Below are positions 9,850-19,730 of a stretch of DNA of 64,000 nucleotides, piece after piece. The notes under the pieces are model-generated. The model did not search any database. It saw only the letters and a program-made list of their open reading frames with translations, and was not told the DNA's origin. Source of the DNA: an uncultured bacterium (lineage in GTDB: Bacteria; Bacteroidota; Bacteroidia; Chitinophagales; Chitinophagaceae); NCBI GenBank assembly GCA_963977985.1, contig CAXBQH010000004.1, forward strand, positions 38,686 through 102,685, read 5' to 3'. The stretch's first letter is position 1; every line of letters begins with the position of its first letter. The translations under genes and the position numbers were made by a program.

Positions 9850-11215
9850 TAAAGTAAAATTTGTATTCCTAGTATTTAATTTTTTAATTTTTTCCAATTT
9901 TGTTTCGGCGCAAATAAAAATTAGTTCCATTCAAATTGAAGGAAATAAAAAAACTAAATCCTATATTATTTTAAGAGAGTTGCCTTATCATCAAGGCGAT
10001 AATATTCCCAAAGACTCTTTAGCTATTTTAGATACTACCGCAGAACAACAATTATTTAATACTGCTTTATTTGAACAAGTAAGTGTTCGTTCGCAATTTA
10101 TTGATAGTGCCCAAGTGCTTATTAAAATAAAAGTAAGTGAAAGATGGTATTTATTTCCCATACCTTATTTTAGATGGGTAGACCGAAATTTTAATCAATG
10201 GTGGAATGAACAAAATAGAAGTTTAGATAGAGTGAATTATGGAGTAAGTGTAAGGCAGGCCAATGTTTCAGGTAACAATGATAAACTCACCGCTGCTTTT
10301 ATAACGGGCTATACTCAACAATCTTTGCTTAGATATCAAATACCTTTTATTGATAAAAAATTACGATATGGAGTATCTTTTGGTTGGCAAAGTTTTACTC
10401 AAAAAGAAATAAATATTGCTACTCAATTAGATAAACAAATTTTTTATAAAACGCAAGATATCATTCAAAAAGGATACAGAACTAATGCTACTGTTTTGTA
10501 TCGACCTAATTTATATGAAAGGTATAGTTTTCAAGCAGGCTTTGGTAAAAATGAAATTAGCGATTCTGCTTTTTTAATGCAACCTTCTTTTTTACCCAGC
10601 CTTCAAAAAACATTTTCATATGTGGAAGCTGCTGTTTCTTATACCCAACTACATTTCGATTATAATGCGTATCCCACCAAGGGGCAGTCCACCGACATTT
10701 CTTGGTATCAAAGATTTTCTAAAAATAGTAATCTCACTTCGCTTCAATTAAGAAAAATATGGGCCCGGCCTTTTTCTAAAAATAATTTTGTTTTGTTGGA
10801 ATCTAATTCTTTGGTAAAATTTTTACCGAATAATAATTATACCGATAATAAATTATTAGGCTATGGTAATTTACAAATGAGCGGGTTGGAATATTATGTT
10901 GTAGAGGGAAATGCCGCTTCTATTTTTAAAGCCTCTTGGCAGCACTCTTTAGGAACTATGAATGTGAAAAATTTAATTTTGAAAAAAAGACTGCCATTTA
11001 TAAAATATCAATTTTGGGTAAAAGCATTTACACAATTGGGTTATGTGTATAATGAGCAGCCGCAAGCTGGGAATCGACTTACGAATACGCTACTAAGAAC
11101 AGCGGGTATAGGTATGGATATTATTAGTATTTATGATTTTGTCTTAAAAATTGATTATAGCTTGAATCAGCTTGGGAACAAAGGTTTATATTTGCACGGA
11201 GCCTTTAATTTTTAA
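9842..11215 (+). CDS. Omp85-superfamily outer membrane protein with one POTRA domain
   Basis: Signal peptide ending VSA-Q; POTRA ISSIQIEGNKKTKSYIILREL; VSERWYLFPIP; beta-barrel ending in Phe (HGAFNF). Confidence 0.82.
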   Translation: MCNKVKFVFLVFNFLIFSNFVSAQIKISSIQIEGNKKTKSYIILRELPYHQGDNIPKDSLAILDTTAEQQLFNTALFEQVSVRSQFIDSAQVLIKIKVSERWYLFPIPYFRWVDRNFNQWWNEQNRSLDRVNYGVSVRQANVSGNNDKLTAAFITGYTQQSLLRYQIPFIDKKLRYGVSFGWQSFTQKEINIATQLDKQIFYKTQDIIQKGYRTNATVLYRPNLYERYSFQAGFGKNEISDSAFLMQPSFLPSLQKTFSYVEAAVSYTQLHFDYNAYPTKGQSTDISWYQRFSKNSNLTSLQLRKIWARPFSKNNFVLLESNSLVKFLPNNNYTDNKLLGYGNLQMSGLEYYVVEGNAASIFKASWQHSLGTMNVKNLILKKRLPFIKYQFWVKAFTQLGYVYNEQPQAGNRLTNTLLRTAGIGMDIISIYDFVLKIDYSLNQLGNKGLYLHGAFNF

Positions 11216-11224
11216 ATTCTAAGA

Positions 11225-12106
11225 ATGAAAGTAGCCATATATAGTAGAGGTGTTGATATTGATCAGCAGCAATCATTGCAAGCTTTATTTGATGCGTTGA
11301 ATAAATATGCTGTTAGTATTTATGTATATCAAGAATTACTAGATAAATTTAATCTTAAAGCTGCAGCAGGCAAAGAACCTTTAATTGCTTTTAGTTCCTT
11401 CTCGGGTCTTCAAGATAGTATCGATTGTTTAATTAGTTTAGGAGGAGATGGTACTGTACTAGATGCTGTTACCCTGGTGGGAAATAGTCAAATTCCTATT
11501 TTGGGGATTAATTATGGAAGACTTGGTTTTTTAGCTACCATTTCAAAAGATGAATTAAGTATAATGGTGGAGGCTTTAGTGAATCGAACTTATGTAATAG
11601 AAAAAAGAACATTATTACATTTAGATGCTAGTCCTTCCATTTTTGGAACTTCCCCCTATGCATTAAATGAATTTGCGATTCATAAAAGAGATACTTCTCC
11701 GATGATAAAAATTCATACTTATTTAAATGGAGAATTTTTAAATTCATATTGGGCCGATGGCATTATTGTGGCTACGCCAACAGGTTCAACTGGTTATAAT
11801 ATGAGTTGCAATGGACCTATTTTATTTCCAGATTCTGCAAGTTTTGTAATTACACCGGTAGCACCCCATAATTTAAATGTACGATCTATAGTTGTGCCAG
11901 ATAGTTCTGTTATTTCATTTGAAATGGAAGGTAGAACAGAAGAATTAATATGTTCTCTAGATGCAAGAAAAGAAATTGTACCCAAAAATATACAGTTAGC
12001 TATTAAAAGAGAATCTTTCTCTGTGAATTTCATAAGACTCAATGAGAATAGCTATTTGACTACTTTAAGAACAAAGCTCACTTGGGGCTTGGATAAAAGA
12101 AATTAG
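11225..12106 (+). CDS. nadK: NAD kinase
   Basis: GGDGT, GINYGRLGFL, ALNEF, DGIIVATPTGSTGYNMS. Confidence 0.96.
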   Translation: MKVAIYSRGVDIDQQQSLQALFDALNKYAVSIYVYQELLDKFNLKAAAGKEPLIAFSSFSGLQDSIDCLISLGGDGTVLDAVTLVGNSQIPILGINYGRLGFLATISKDELSIMVEALVNRTYVIEKRTLLHLDASPSIFGTSPYALNEFAIHKRDTSPMIKIHTYLNGEFLNSYWADGIIVATPTGSTGYNMSCNGPILFPDSASFVITPVAPHNLNVRSIVVPDSSVISFEMEGRTEELICSLDARKEIVPKNIQLAIKRESFSVNFIRLNENSYLTTLRTKLTWGLDKRN

Positions 12107-12109
12107 CAT

Positions 12110-12916
12110 ATGCGTAAATTTTGTATTTACTTATCTTTTCTTTTATTCATAAGTGTGCATTCGCGCGCACAATATGTTCAATTATTTGAAAACAAGGGTG
12201 AACTAGGTGTATTTGCAGGGCAGGCTTCTTACAATGGAGATATAGCACCTCAATTACAATTTCTTGCTTGGAACTATGGAGTATTTTATAAAAAGCAATT
12301 AAACGATTATGTAGGTCTAAGACTTAACTATGAGACTATTCCATTGGGCGCCTTAGATACTCTTACTAGTAAAGATATAAATGCCTATGTGAAAGCAAGA
12401 GGGTTATATTTTAAAACTACTTTTCAGGAATATAGTTTAATGAGTGAATTATATTTTTTAAGATTTATTAATGGCAATAAAAATTTTCGATTCACGCCGT
12501 ATTTAGGAATTGGATTGGGGTATATGACTGCTTTGAAAGATGCCTCTAACGCACCTAATAAAATGCCTTCTTCTATAATTACAGCACCTATCAATCTAGG
12601 TTTCAAGTATAATATTGCAGGCTCCTTTAATCTTTTTGCTGAATTTACTTATCGTTTTACCAATACTGATTCATTGGATCATTTTGCCGACAACCATTCC
12701 TATACCAATCCCATTGATCATTTGGTTTACCAGCCAAGTGCTTCTGGAAAAGATCAATTCTTTTCAGCCAAATTGGGGCTTACCTATAATCTTTTAAAAA
12801 TTTATGGCCCCGACCCCAGGCCTAAAGCCAAAAGAAACAATAATTCAAGCAAAGAGTCTAATTCTAGTAAAAAAGCTGGAAACAAGGGTTTATTTGGTTT
12901 TTTTAAACGTAAATAA
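12110..12916 (+). CDS. Outer-membrane beta-barrel protein (DUF6089/PorT-like)
   Basis: Signal peptide SRA-Q; ELGVFAGQASYNGD; FTPYLGIGLG; FAEFTYRFTNTDSLD; KDQFF. Confidence 0.75.
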   Translation: MRKFCIYLSFLLFISVHSRAQYVQLFENKGELGVFAGQASYNGDIAPQLQFLAWNYGVFYKKQLNDYVGLRLNYETIPLGALDTLTSKDINAYVKARGLYFKTTFQEYSLMSELYFLRFINGNKNFRFTPYLGIGLGYMTALKDASNAPNKMPSSIITAPINLGFKYNIAGSFNLFAEFTYRFTNTDSLDHFADNHSYTNPIDHLVYQPSASGKDQFFSAKLGLTYNLLKIYGPDPRPKAKRNNNSSKESNSSKKAGNKGLFGFFKRK

Positions 12917-12942
12917 GCTAGTTATTTTCATATTTTCGCACC

Positions 12943-13692
12943 ATGGAAAACCTGGATCTAAGCAAGTTGCCCCAACATATAGCTATCATAATGGACGGGA
13001 ATGGGAGATGGGCACAAGAACAAGGCCAGGATCGTTTATTTGGTCATTATCAAGGGGTTATAAGTGTAAGAAAAGTAGTGGAAGCGGCTACTGAAATTGG
13101 AATTCAATACCTTACCCTTTATGCTTTTAGCACAGAAAACTGGGAAAGGCCCCAGGAGGAAGTAACAGGTCTAATGACCTTATTTGTTGATACTATTGCC
13201 AAGGAAGTACCTGATTTACATAAAAACAACATCAAACTTCGCTTTATTGGTAATTTAAATTTACTACCCCCTCACGCAAAACAAGCCCTAGAAAACGCCA
13301 CTGCTCAAACAGCTCAAAATACAGGACTCACCCTAATAGTAGCCCTAAGTTATAGCAGTCGATGGGAATTAGTGGAAGCCACAAAAAATATAGCCACTAA
13401 AGTACAACAAGGTACCCTGCAAGTGGATCAAATAACAGAAGCGACATTGTCTGAATCCCTTGCTACCAAAGACTTTCCCGATCCTGAATTAATGATTCGT
13501 ACTAGTGGGGAATATCGTATTAGTAATTTTTTATTATACCAATTGGCCTATGCAGAATTGTATTTTAGTGATATAAGATGGCCAGAATTTAGAAAAGAAG
13601 ATCTAGTAAAAGCCATTGTAGAATTCCAATCCAGAGAGCGTAGATTTGGCAAAACCAGTGGTCAAATTCAATTGAATGAAGAAAAAAAATAA
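12943..13692 (+). CDS. uppS: Undecaprenyl diphosphate synthase
   Basis: HIAIIMDGNGRWA, YAFSTENW, DPELMIRTSGEYRISNFLL, RERRFG. Confidence 0.97.
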   Translation: MENLDLSKLPQHIAIIMDGNGRWAQEQGQDRLFGHYQGVISVRKVVEAATEIGIQYLTLYAFSTENWERPQEEVTGLMTLFVDTIAKEVPDLHKNNIKLRFIGNLNLLPPHAKQALENATAQTAQNTGLTLIVALSYSSRWELVEATKNIATKVQQGTLQVDQITEATLSESLATKDFPDPELMIRTSGEYRISNFLLYQLAYAELYFSDIRWPEFRKEDLVKAIVEFQSRERRFGKTSGQIQLNEEKK

Positions 13693-13782
13693 TATGTTTA
13701 TTTCCACTTTTAACAAAGACTTTCAATTATTACGAGTAATTTGCGACACTTTTAAAATTCTAAATGTTTAGCCGCTTAGCAG

Positions 13783-16521
13783 ATGCATAAATTCCTCCTT
13801 TTTTTTATAGGGTCAGTATTGGTTCTTTTATTGAATTCGACTTCTTATGCCCAGGACGCCCCTGCTAAAGATTCGGTGTCTCAAATTAATGTTAAACTGA
13901 TCAATATTTTTAACCAAAAAACACCTTCTAAATATAAAATTCGAAACATCAAAGTAGTGGGTAATGAAAATTTTGATGAGAACTTATTGCTATCCCTTTC
14001 TACTTTAAATATAGGAGATGAAGTTACCATTCCAGGGGGCGATAATTTTGCAAAGTCTATCCACAAATTAATGGATCAAAATTATTTTAGTGATGTAAGT
14101 ATTTATTTGACAGATTTAGTGGGCAAAGAAATTGATGTTGAAATTAATGTTACTGAAAGACCCCGACTTTCTAAGTTTACTTTTTTAGGGGTAAAAAAAT
14201 CGGATATAGATGAATTGTCTGGTAAAACTGGCTTAACGCCTAATAGGGTCATTACTGATAATATGAAAATTACTGCTATTGATGGTATTAAAAAATATTA
14301 TGCAGAAAAAGGTTTTCAGGATATTAAAGTAACTATTAAAGAGCGTAAAGACCCTGCCAGAAAAAATAATTTATTATTAGATTTTGTAATTGACAAAGGA
14401 CCTAAAGTAAGAATTAACAATATAAATTTTGGTGGGAATAAAGTGGACGAGACAAAGCTTAAAAAAAGTTTGAAAGAAATTCACGAAAAATCCAGAATGA
14501 CTTTATTTCCTATTAACGATAAGCCCATCATTGTTAAAACAAATCCTTATACTTTCGAAGAATATATGTCTGAAAAGGGTTTTTTAACTTTTACGAAAAC
14601 AAGAAAAATTTTAAATCCCTACATTAGACTCTCTCTTTCTTCTGCCAAGTTCAATGAAAAAAAATATGAAGAGAGTAAAGAAAATTTATTGAATTATTAC
14701 AATTCATTAGGTTTTAGAGACGCTGTTATTGAAAAAGATACCGTGTATCATAATGCAGGTGGCAATTTAAATATAGATGTACAATTAAAGGAAGGTCATA
14801 AATATTATTTTGGAAATATTAATTGGAGAGGGAATACCAAATATTCAGATTCAATTTTATCTGTTATTTTAAATATTAAGAAAGGAGAGATTTATAATAG
14901 AGAAACTTTATTTAACAAATTAGGTAAAACACCCACAGCAGAAGGGGGAGATGTAAGCGCCTTGTACCAAGATGATGGTTATTTATTTTTCAGAGTAGAT
15001 CCAGTGGAAACCGCTGTATATAATGATACCATAGATTTTGAAATTAGAGTGGTGGAAGGTCCGCAAGCAACTATTAAAACAATTCGTATTGCTGGTAACG
15101 AAAAAACAAAAGACTTTGTTATTCGTCGTGAGATTAGAACGATACCTGGAGATAAATTTAGTCGTAACTTATTAATTAGATCACAACGAGAGATAGCTCA
15201 ATTAAATTTCTTTGACCAAGAAAAAATAAAAATTGATCCCGTGCCTAATCCAGAGGATGGTACCGTTGACATTAATTATGGGGTGGAAGAAAAATCGAGT
15301 GATCAGTTAGAGTTGAGTGCTGGATGGGGCGGTTATATTGGACTTACAGGAACTTTGGGTGTTACTTTTAATAATTTTAGTTCTAAAAATTTATTTAAAA
15401 GACAAGCCTGGGATCCACTTCCAATGGGGGATGGACAAAAATTAAGTGTAAGGGTACAGAGTAATGGTAAAGCTTTTAGATCTACGAACTTTTCATTTAC
15501 GGAACCTTGGTTTGGTGGTATTAAAAGAAATACTTTAACCTTCAGTGTTTACAATACTAAGTATGGTCAAACTTATAATTTATTGACTGGTATGTATGAT
15601 CCCAATGCTGCTGACTCAAGATATATTTCTACCACTGGTGCCACAGTATCATTTGGTAGACAGTTAGCTTGGCCTGATGATTATTTTTCATTGAGTTTGG
15701 GATTGAACTATACTAGATATACATTGAAAGATTATGCTATTGACCCCTACAATCTTCCGAATTTTAATAATGGAGTGGTAAACAATATTAACTTTAGAAT
15801 TGCTCTACAAAGAACTTCTATAGACCAACCTTTGTTTCCAAGAACTGGATCTACCTTCTTATTGAGTGCACAATTAACGCCTCCTTATTCTTTAATTACT
15901 CCTAATGTAAATAGTGCCGCTAATCCTTTTGAATTATTAGAGTATCACAAATGGAGATTCAATGGAGAGTGGTTTGTGCCCTTAGGAAAGCCTGCAGGAG
16001 CAGATCATAATAAACAATTTGTATTAAGATTTGCAGCTAAATATGGATTCTTAGGTGCTTATAATAGTGATTTACCCATTTCTCCTTTTGAGCGTTTCCA
16101 AGTAGGAGATGCTGGATTAAGTAATCAGTTTGCTTTGTTAGGATATGATATTATTGCACATAGAGGTTATCCAGTATATGAAAGCTCTAATCCAAAAGTT
16201 AACCCCGATCAACAAACTGCAAGACAACATTTCACCATTTTTAATAAATACGCGGTAGAAGTTCGTTATCCTTTAAGTTTAGCGGCAAGCAGTACCATTT
16301 ATGCCTTAGGATTTTTTGAAGCAGCCAATGGTTGGTATAGTATGAAAGAATATAATCCCTTTAACTTAAGGCGTTCGGTGGGTATTGGAATGCGTTTTTA
16401 TCTACCTATGTTTGGATTGTTAGGATTTGATTATGGTATTGGTATTGATAGACTTAATGCCACCAACACATTGAAAGATGCAGGAAGATTTACCTTTATG
16501 CTTGGCTTTGAGCCAGAATAA
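13783..16521 (+). CDS. bamA: Outer membrane protein assembly factor BamA
   Basis: 912 aa with multiple POTRA domains (GNEKTKDFVIRREIR), LRRSVGIGMRFYLPMFGLLGFDYG; adjacent to skp. Confidence 0.96.
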   Translation: MHKFLLFFIGSVLVLLLNSTSYAQDAPAKDSVSQINVKLINIFNQKTPSKYKIRNIKVVGNENFDENLLLSLSTLNIGDEVTIPGGDNFAKSIHKLMDQNYFSDVSIYLTDLVGKEIDVEINVTERPRLSKFTFLGVKKSDIDELSGKTGLTPNRVITDNMKITAIDGIKKYYAEKGFQDIKVTIKERKDPARKNNLLLDFVIDKGPKVRINNINFGGNKVDETKLKKSLKEIHEKSRMTLFPINDKPIIVKTNPYTFEEYMSEKGFLTFTKTRKILNPYIRLSLSSAKFNEKKYEESKENLLNYYNSLGFRDAVIEKDTVYHNAGGNLNIDVQLKEGHKYYFGNINWRGNTKYSDSILSVILNIKKGEIYNRETLFNKLGKTPTAEGGDVSALYQDDGYLFFRVDPVETAVYNDTIDFEIRVVEGPQATIKTIRIAGNEKTKDFVIRREIRTIPGDKFSRNLLIRSQREIAQLNFFDQEKIKIDPVPNPEDGTVDINYGVEEKSSDQLELSAGWGGYIGLTGTLGVTFNNFSSKNLFKRQAWDPLPMGDGQKLSVRVQSNGKAFRSTNFSFTEPWFGGIKRNTLTFSVYNTKYGQTYNLLTGMYDPNAADSRYISTTGATVSFGRQLAWPDDYFSLSLGLNYTRYTLKDYAIDPYNLPNFNNGVVNNINFRIALQRTSIDQPLFPRTGSTFLLSAQLTPPYSLITPNVNSAANPFELLEYHKWRFNGEWFVPLGKPAGADHNKQFVLRFAAKYGFLGAYNSDLPISPFERFQVGDAGLSNQFALLGYDIIAHRGYPVYESSNPKVNPDQQTARQHFTIFNKYAVEVRYPLSLAASSTIYALGFFEAANGWYSMKEYNPFNLRRSVGIGMRFYLPMFGLLGFDYGIGIDRLNATNTLKDAGRFTFMLGFEPE

Positions 16522-16564
16522 AAAATAGTTTATTATAATTTTCAAATTATAAATGATATAATTT

Positions 16565-17089
16565 ATGCAATACAGAAAACATTTATGGGCGTTACTTATA
16601 GGGCTTGCATCTTTTTTTTCTGTGCAGGCACAAACCAAATATGCAGTCATTAATACCAAATATATTTTGGATAAAATTCCTGAATATAAAGATGCTGATA
16701 ACAAATTAAAGGCATTGGGTGATCAATGGCAAAAAGAAATTGATGACAAGCAAATGGTACTTGATAAAATGTATAAAAACTATGAGGCAGAGCAGTTTAT
16801 GCTTTCAGAGGACCTCAGAAAAAAGAGAGAAGATGAGCTATTTGTAAAAGAAAAAGAGTTGAGAGATTTACAAAAAAAGCGATTTGGCTATGAGGGCGAT
16901 TTATTTAAAGAAAGGCAAAAATTGGTAAAACCCATTCAGGACAAGGTATACAATGCGGTACAAAAAATGGCTGCAGCCAGAGCTTATGACTTCATTTTGG
17001 ATAAAAGTGAAGGAATAACCATTATATTTGCAGACCCAAAACTGGATAAAAGTGACGATGTTTTGAAGGAATTGGGAATTAATAATTAG
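16565..17089 (+). CDS. skp: OmpH/Skp periplasmic chaperone
   Basis: Signal peptide VQA-Q; YAVINTKYILDKIPEY; coiled coil; YDFILDK; directly after bamA. Confidence 0.92.
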   Translation: MQYRKHLWALLIGLASFFSVQAQTKYAVINTKYILDKIPEYKDADNKLKALGDQWQKEIDDKQMVLDKMYKNYEAEQFMLSEDLRKKREDELFVKEKELRDLQKKRFGYEGDLFKERQKLVKPIQDKVYNAVQKMAAARAYDFILDKSEGITIIFADPKLDKSDDVLKELGINN

Positions 17090-17132
17090 GGTCTACCCAC
17101 AAAAAAAAGATCAAAAAATAAAACAATATCTT

Positions 17133-17741
17133 ATGAAAAAAGGTTTCTTAGTAGCTGTTATTTTATTTATGGCAGCAGCATTTACTACAAGTGCCACAGC
17201 ACAAACAAAGATTGGTTATTTTGATGACCAAAGCGTTATTGCCTTATTCCCTGGTATCCAAGAAAAATTAGATACAGTTCTTAAGTCATATGCACAAGAT
17301 TCTTTACAAGAAGAATACAACTACACTTTAAAAGATTATCAAATTAAGGATAGTATTTTCAGAAGAGATTCTGCTGAATTATCTAAAAAAGCAAAAGCCT
17401 ACGAAATGGCTACTTCTGATTTGAATAAATTAAAATACAAGTTAATTAACTGGCAACAATACCAACAAGGTATGATGCAACAAAAAGAAGAAGCTCTTTT
17501 ATTGCCCTACAGACAAAAAGTAGCAGCAGCATTAAGTGAAGTGGTAGCTGAAAATAAATATACTTTGGTCTTAAAGGCAGACGCTCTGTCTCCTTATGCG
17601 CAACCTTCTATAGCAGATAATTTAACAATTCGTGTTGCTATTAAATTGAAACTTCCTTTACCTAAGGATGTAGAAGATGCTTTCAAATCGGCTACAGGTG
17701 GAACTGCTACAAAAGCAGCTGCTCCTGCTAAAAAAGGATAA
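17133..17741 (+). CDS. Second OmpH/Skp-family protein
   Basis: Signal peptide ATA-Q; KIGYFD; coiled coil; YTLVLK; DNLTIRVAIKL. Confidence 0.82.
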   Translation: MKKGFLVAVILFMAAAFTTSATAQTKIGYFDDQSVIALFPGIQEKLDTVLKSYAQDSLQEEYNYTLKDYQIKDSIFRRDSAELSKKAKAYEMATSDLNKLKYKLINWQQYQQGMMQQKEEALLLPYRQKVAAALSEVVAENKYTLVLKADALSPYAQPSIADNLTIRVAIKLKLPLPKDVEDAFKSATGGTATKAAAPAKKG

Positions 17742-17764
17742 ACTTTTTAAAAATATTTTTGGAG

Positions 17765-17795
17765 AAGAACCTCGTTGTTATGCAACGAGGTTCTT
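17765..17795 (+). terminator. 13-bp perfect inverted repeat after the skp genes (probable terminator or RNA-stabilising hairpin)
   Basis: AAGAACCTCGTTG-ttatg-CAACGAGGTTCTT; weak U-tract. Confidence 0.6.
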
Positions 17796-17828
17796 AGTTT
17801 TACACTATAGTTCAATTAAATAAATTTT

Positions 17829-18650
17829 ATGGCTGCACCCATTGGTGTATTTGATAGTGGTTATGGTGGTCTCACCATTTTAAAGGAATTAAAAAAACAA
17901 TTGCCTCAGTATGATTATATGTATTTAGGCGATAATGCAAGAGCGCCTTATGGGACCAGATCTTTTGAAACAGTATATCAATATACTTTAGAGGCAGTGC
18001 AGTGGTTTTTTAAACAAGGATGTTCTTTGGTTATTATTGCTTGTAATACTGCCTCTGCTAAAGCACTTAGAAATATTCAACAATTAGATTTACCTCATAT
18101 AGATACTACCAAAAGAGTATTAGGTGTTATTCGTCCTACCACAGAAGTAGTAGGTAATTTTTCAAGCCATCAACATATTGGAATTATGGGCACTTTAGGT
18201 ACGGTACAAAGTGACAGTTATCCTATGGAGTTAAGTAAATTTTTTCCGAAACTAAAAGTATTCCAACAAGCCTGTCCTATGTGGGTGCCTTTAATTGAAA
18301 ATGGTGAATTTGATAAACCAGGGGCTGATTATTTTGTACAGCAATATTTAAACGAGCTTTTTAAGCAATCAAAAAATATTGATACCATTTTACTAGCTTG
18401 TACTCATTACCCTTTATTGGAATCTAAAATAAAATCATTTCTTCCCTCTGGTGTTACCTTAGTTTCACAAGGAGATATTGTAGCAAAAAGCCTTGCTAAA
18501 TACCTTCAAAATCACCCTGAAATGGCAAACAAATGTAGCCAAAGCGGTAAATTAAGCTTCTATACCACTGATAATGAGAAAGTTTTTGAGAAGCAAGGAA
18601 GCTTGTTTTTTGGTCAAAAAATTGAGGCAAAACACACAGATTTAGCTTAA
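17829..18650 (+). CDS. murI: Glutamate racemase
   Basis: IGVFDSGYGG, DNARAPYG, ACNTAS, LACTHYP. Confidence 0.97.
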   Translation: MAAPIGVFDSGYGGLTILKELKKQLPQYDYMYLGDNARAPYGTRSFETVYQYTLEAVQWFFKQGCSLVIIACNTASAKALRNIQQLDLPHIDTTKRVLGVIRPTTEVVGNFSSHQHIGIMGTLGTVQSDSYPMELSKFFPKLKVFQQACPMWVPLIENGEFDKPGADYFVQQYLNELFKQSKNIDTILLACTHYPLLESKIKSFLPSGVTLVSQGDIVAKSLAKYLQNHPEMANKCSQSGKLSFYTTDNEKVFEKQGSLFFGQKIEAKHTDLA

Positions 18651-18667
18651 AAAATGAAAAAATACCC

Positions 18668-18675
18668 TATTTTTG
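18668..18675 (+). promoter_or_regulatory. -7 promoter element TATTTTTG for rpmH
   Basis: Exact TAnnTTTG just after the murI stop, ~90 nt upstream of the rpmH ATG. Confidence 0.6.
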
Positions 18676-18766
18676 CCGTCCTTTCACAGGTAGTGGTATG
18701 GTGACTGCTATTGAAGTGGGAAAATTTAAGAAAAAAGCAAGTTAAAGACATCCAAAAAGACAAACA

Positions 18767-18922
18767 ATGAAACGTACATTTCAACCACATAAGCGTCGTC
18801 GTAAATCTGTACACGGTTTTCGTAAGCGTATGCAAACTGCTAATGGCCGCAAGGTATTAGCTAGCCGTAGAAAGAAAGGTCGCAAAAAATTAACTGTTTC
18901 TAGCGAGAAAGGTTTAAAGTAA
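18767..18922 (+). CDS. rpmH: 50S ribosomal protein L34 (absent from the ORF track, 51 aa)
   Basis: Manual translation [51 protein letters not shown]; upstream of rnpA. Confidence 0.97.
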   Translation: MKRTFQPHKRRRKSVHGFRKRMQTANGRKVLASRRKKGRKKLTVSSEKGLK

Positions 18923-18976
18923 ATTTAATCTAGTAAGAGTTCCTTCCTAGCTATTACAAATAAATTCAATAATTTT

Positions 18977-19012
18977 AAAGTCCTTCCCAATTCTAGGGAG
19001 GGACTTTTTTTA
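18977..19012 (+). terminator. Intrinsic terminator between rpmH and rnpA
   Basis: AAAGTCCTTCCC-aattcta-GGGAGGGACTTT followed by a T-run. Confidence 0.75.
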
Positions 19013-19030
19013 TCAAATTAATTTTCTGCA

Positions 19031-19441
19031 GTGCCTAAGGTTTTTACATATCAAAAACTAGATAAATTAAAAAGTAGAAAACAAACACAATTTTTATTTT
19101 CTAAGGGGCAAGCTATTACTGTATTTCCCATTCGACTTGTATATACTATTGAAATAATTGATAATACTATTTCCACTACACATTCTTCTTTATTGCAAGC
19201 AGGGGTAGGGGCGCCTAGTAACACTTTTAAAAAAGCAGTACTTCGTAATAGAGTAAAAAGATTATTAAGAGAGGCGTATCGTTTAGAGAAACCTAGTTTT
19301 GTTAACCAAGCTGCACTTGAAAATAAAAAAGTAAATTTATTTTTTTTGTATACCGACACCTTGGTGCTTACCCAAGCAGAAATACAAGCTAAAGTCAAAG
19401 AGGCTTTAGCACTGCTACTTACTAAATTGAAAAAAGCTTAA
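19031..19441 (+). CDS. rnpA: Ribonuclease P protein component
   Basis: KLKSRKQTQFLF, FKKAVLRNRVKRLLREAYRL (RNR motif); GTG start. Confidence 0.93.
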   Translation: MPKVFTYQKLDKLKSRKQTQFLFSKGQAITVFPIRLVYTIEIIDNTISTTHSSLLQAGVGAPSNTFKKAVLRNRVKRLLREAYRLEKPSFVNQAALENKKVNLFFLYTDTLVLTQAEIQAKVKEALALLLTKLKKA

Positions 19442-19451
19442 ATAAAAAATC

Positions 19452-19685
19452 TTGCTTACCTTAAAAAAAATAATCAGCTTCCCTTTTATTGTATTAATTC
19501 GTATGTATCAATACATCCTTTCACCTTGGATGGGTCCTAGTAAATGTAGATTCACCCCCAGTTGTTCTCATTACACTAGTGAAGCCATACAAAAATATGG
19601 TCCTATCAAGGGCATTTATTTAGGTGCCAAAAGACTGAGTAAATGCAGGCCGGGTGGAGGGCAGGGGTATGATCCCGTTCCTTAA
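19452..19685 (+). CDS. yidD: Membrane protein insertion efficiency factor YidD
   Basis: YQYILSP...[19 protein letters not shown]...R..KC.P....GYDPVP. Confidence 0.94.
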   Translation: MLTLKKIISFPFIVLIRMYQYILSPWMGPSKCRFTPSCSHYTSEAIQKYGPIKGIYLGAKRLSKCRPGGGQGYDPVP

Positions 19686-19730
19686 ATAAGACCTGTGCTT
19701 TAAAATAGAATAATAATTATTTTAAAATTT

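Noticed and set aside
16565-17741. Tandem skp paralogues
   Set aside because: Two OmpH genes after bamA are typical of Bacteroidota, so not novel
18647-18835. Minus-strand 62-aa ORF
   Set aside because: Overlaps the real rpmH gene and its promoter on the + strand
18767-19685. rpmH-rnpA-yidD as a marker of oriC
   Set aside because: No dnaA, yidC or DnaA-box cluster nearby
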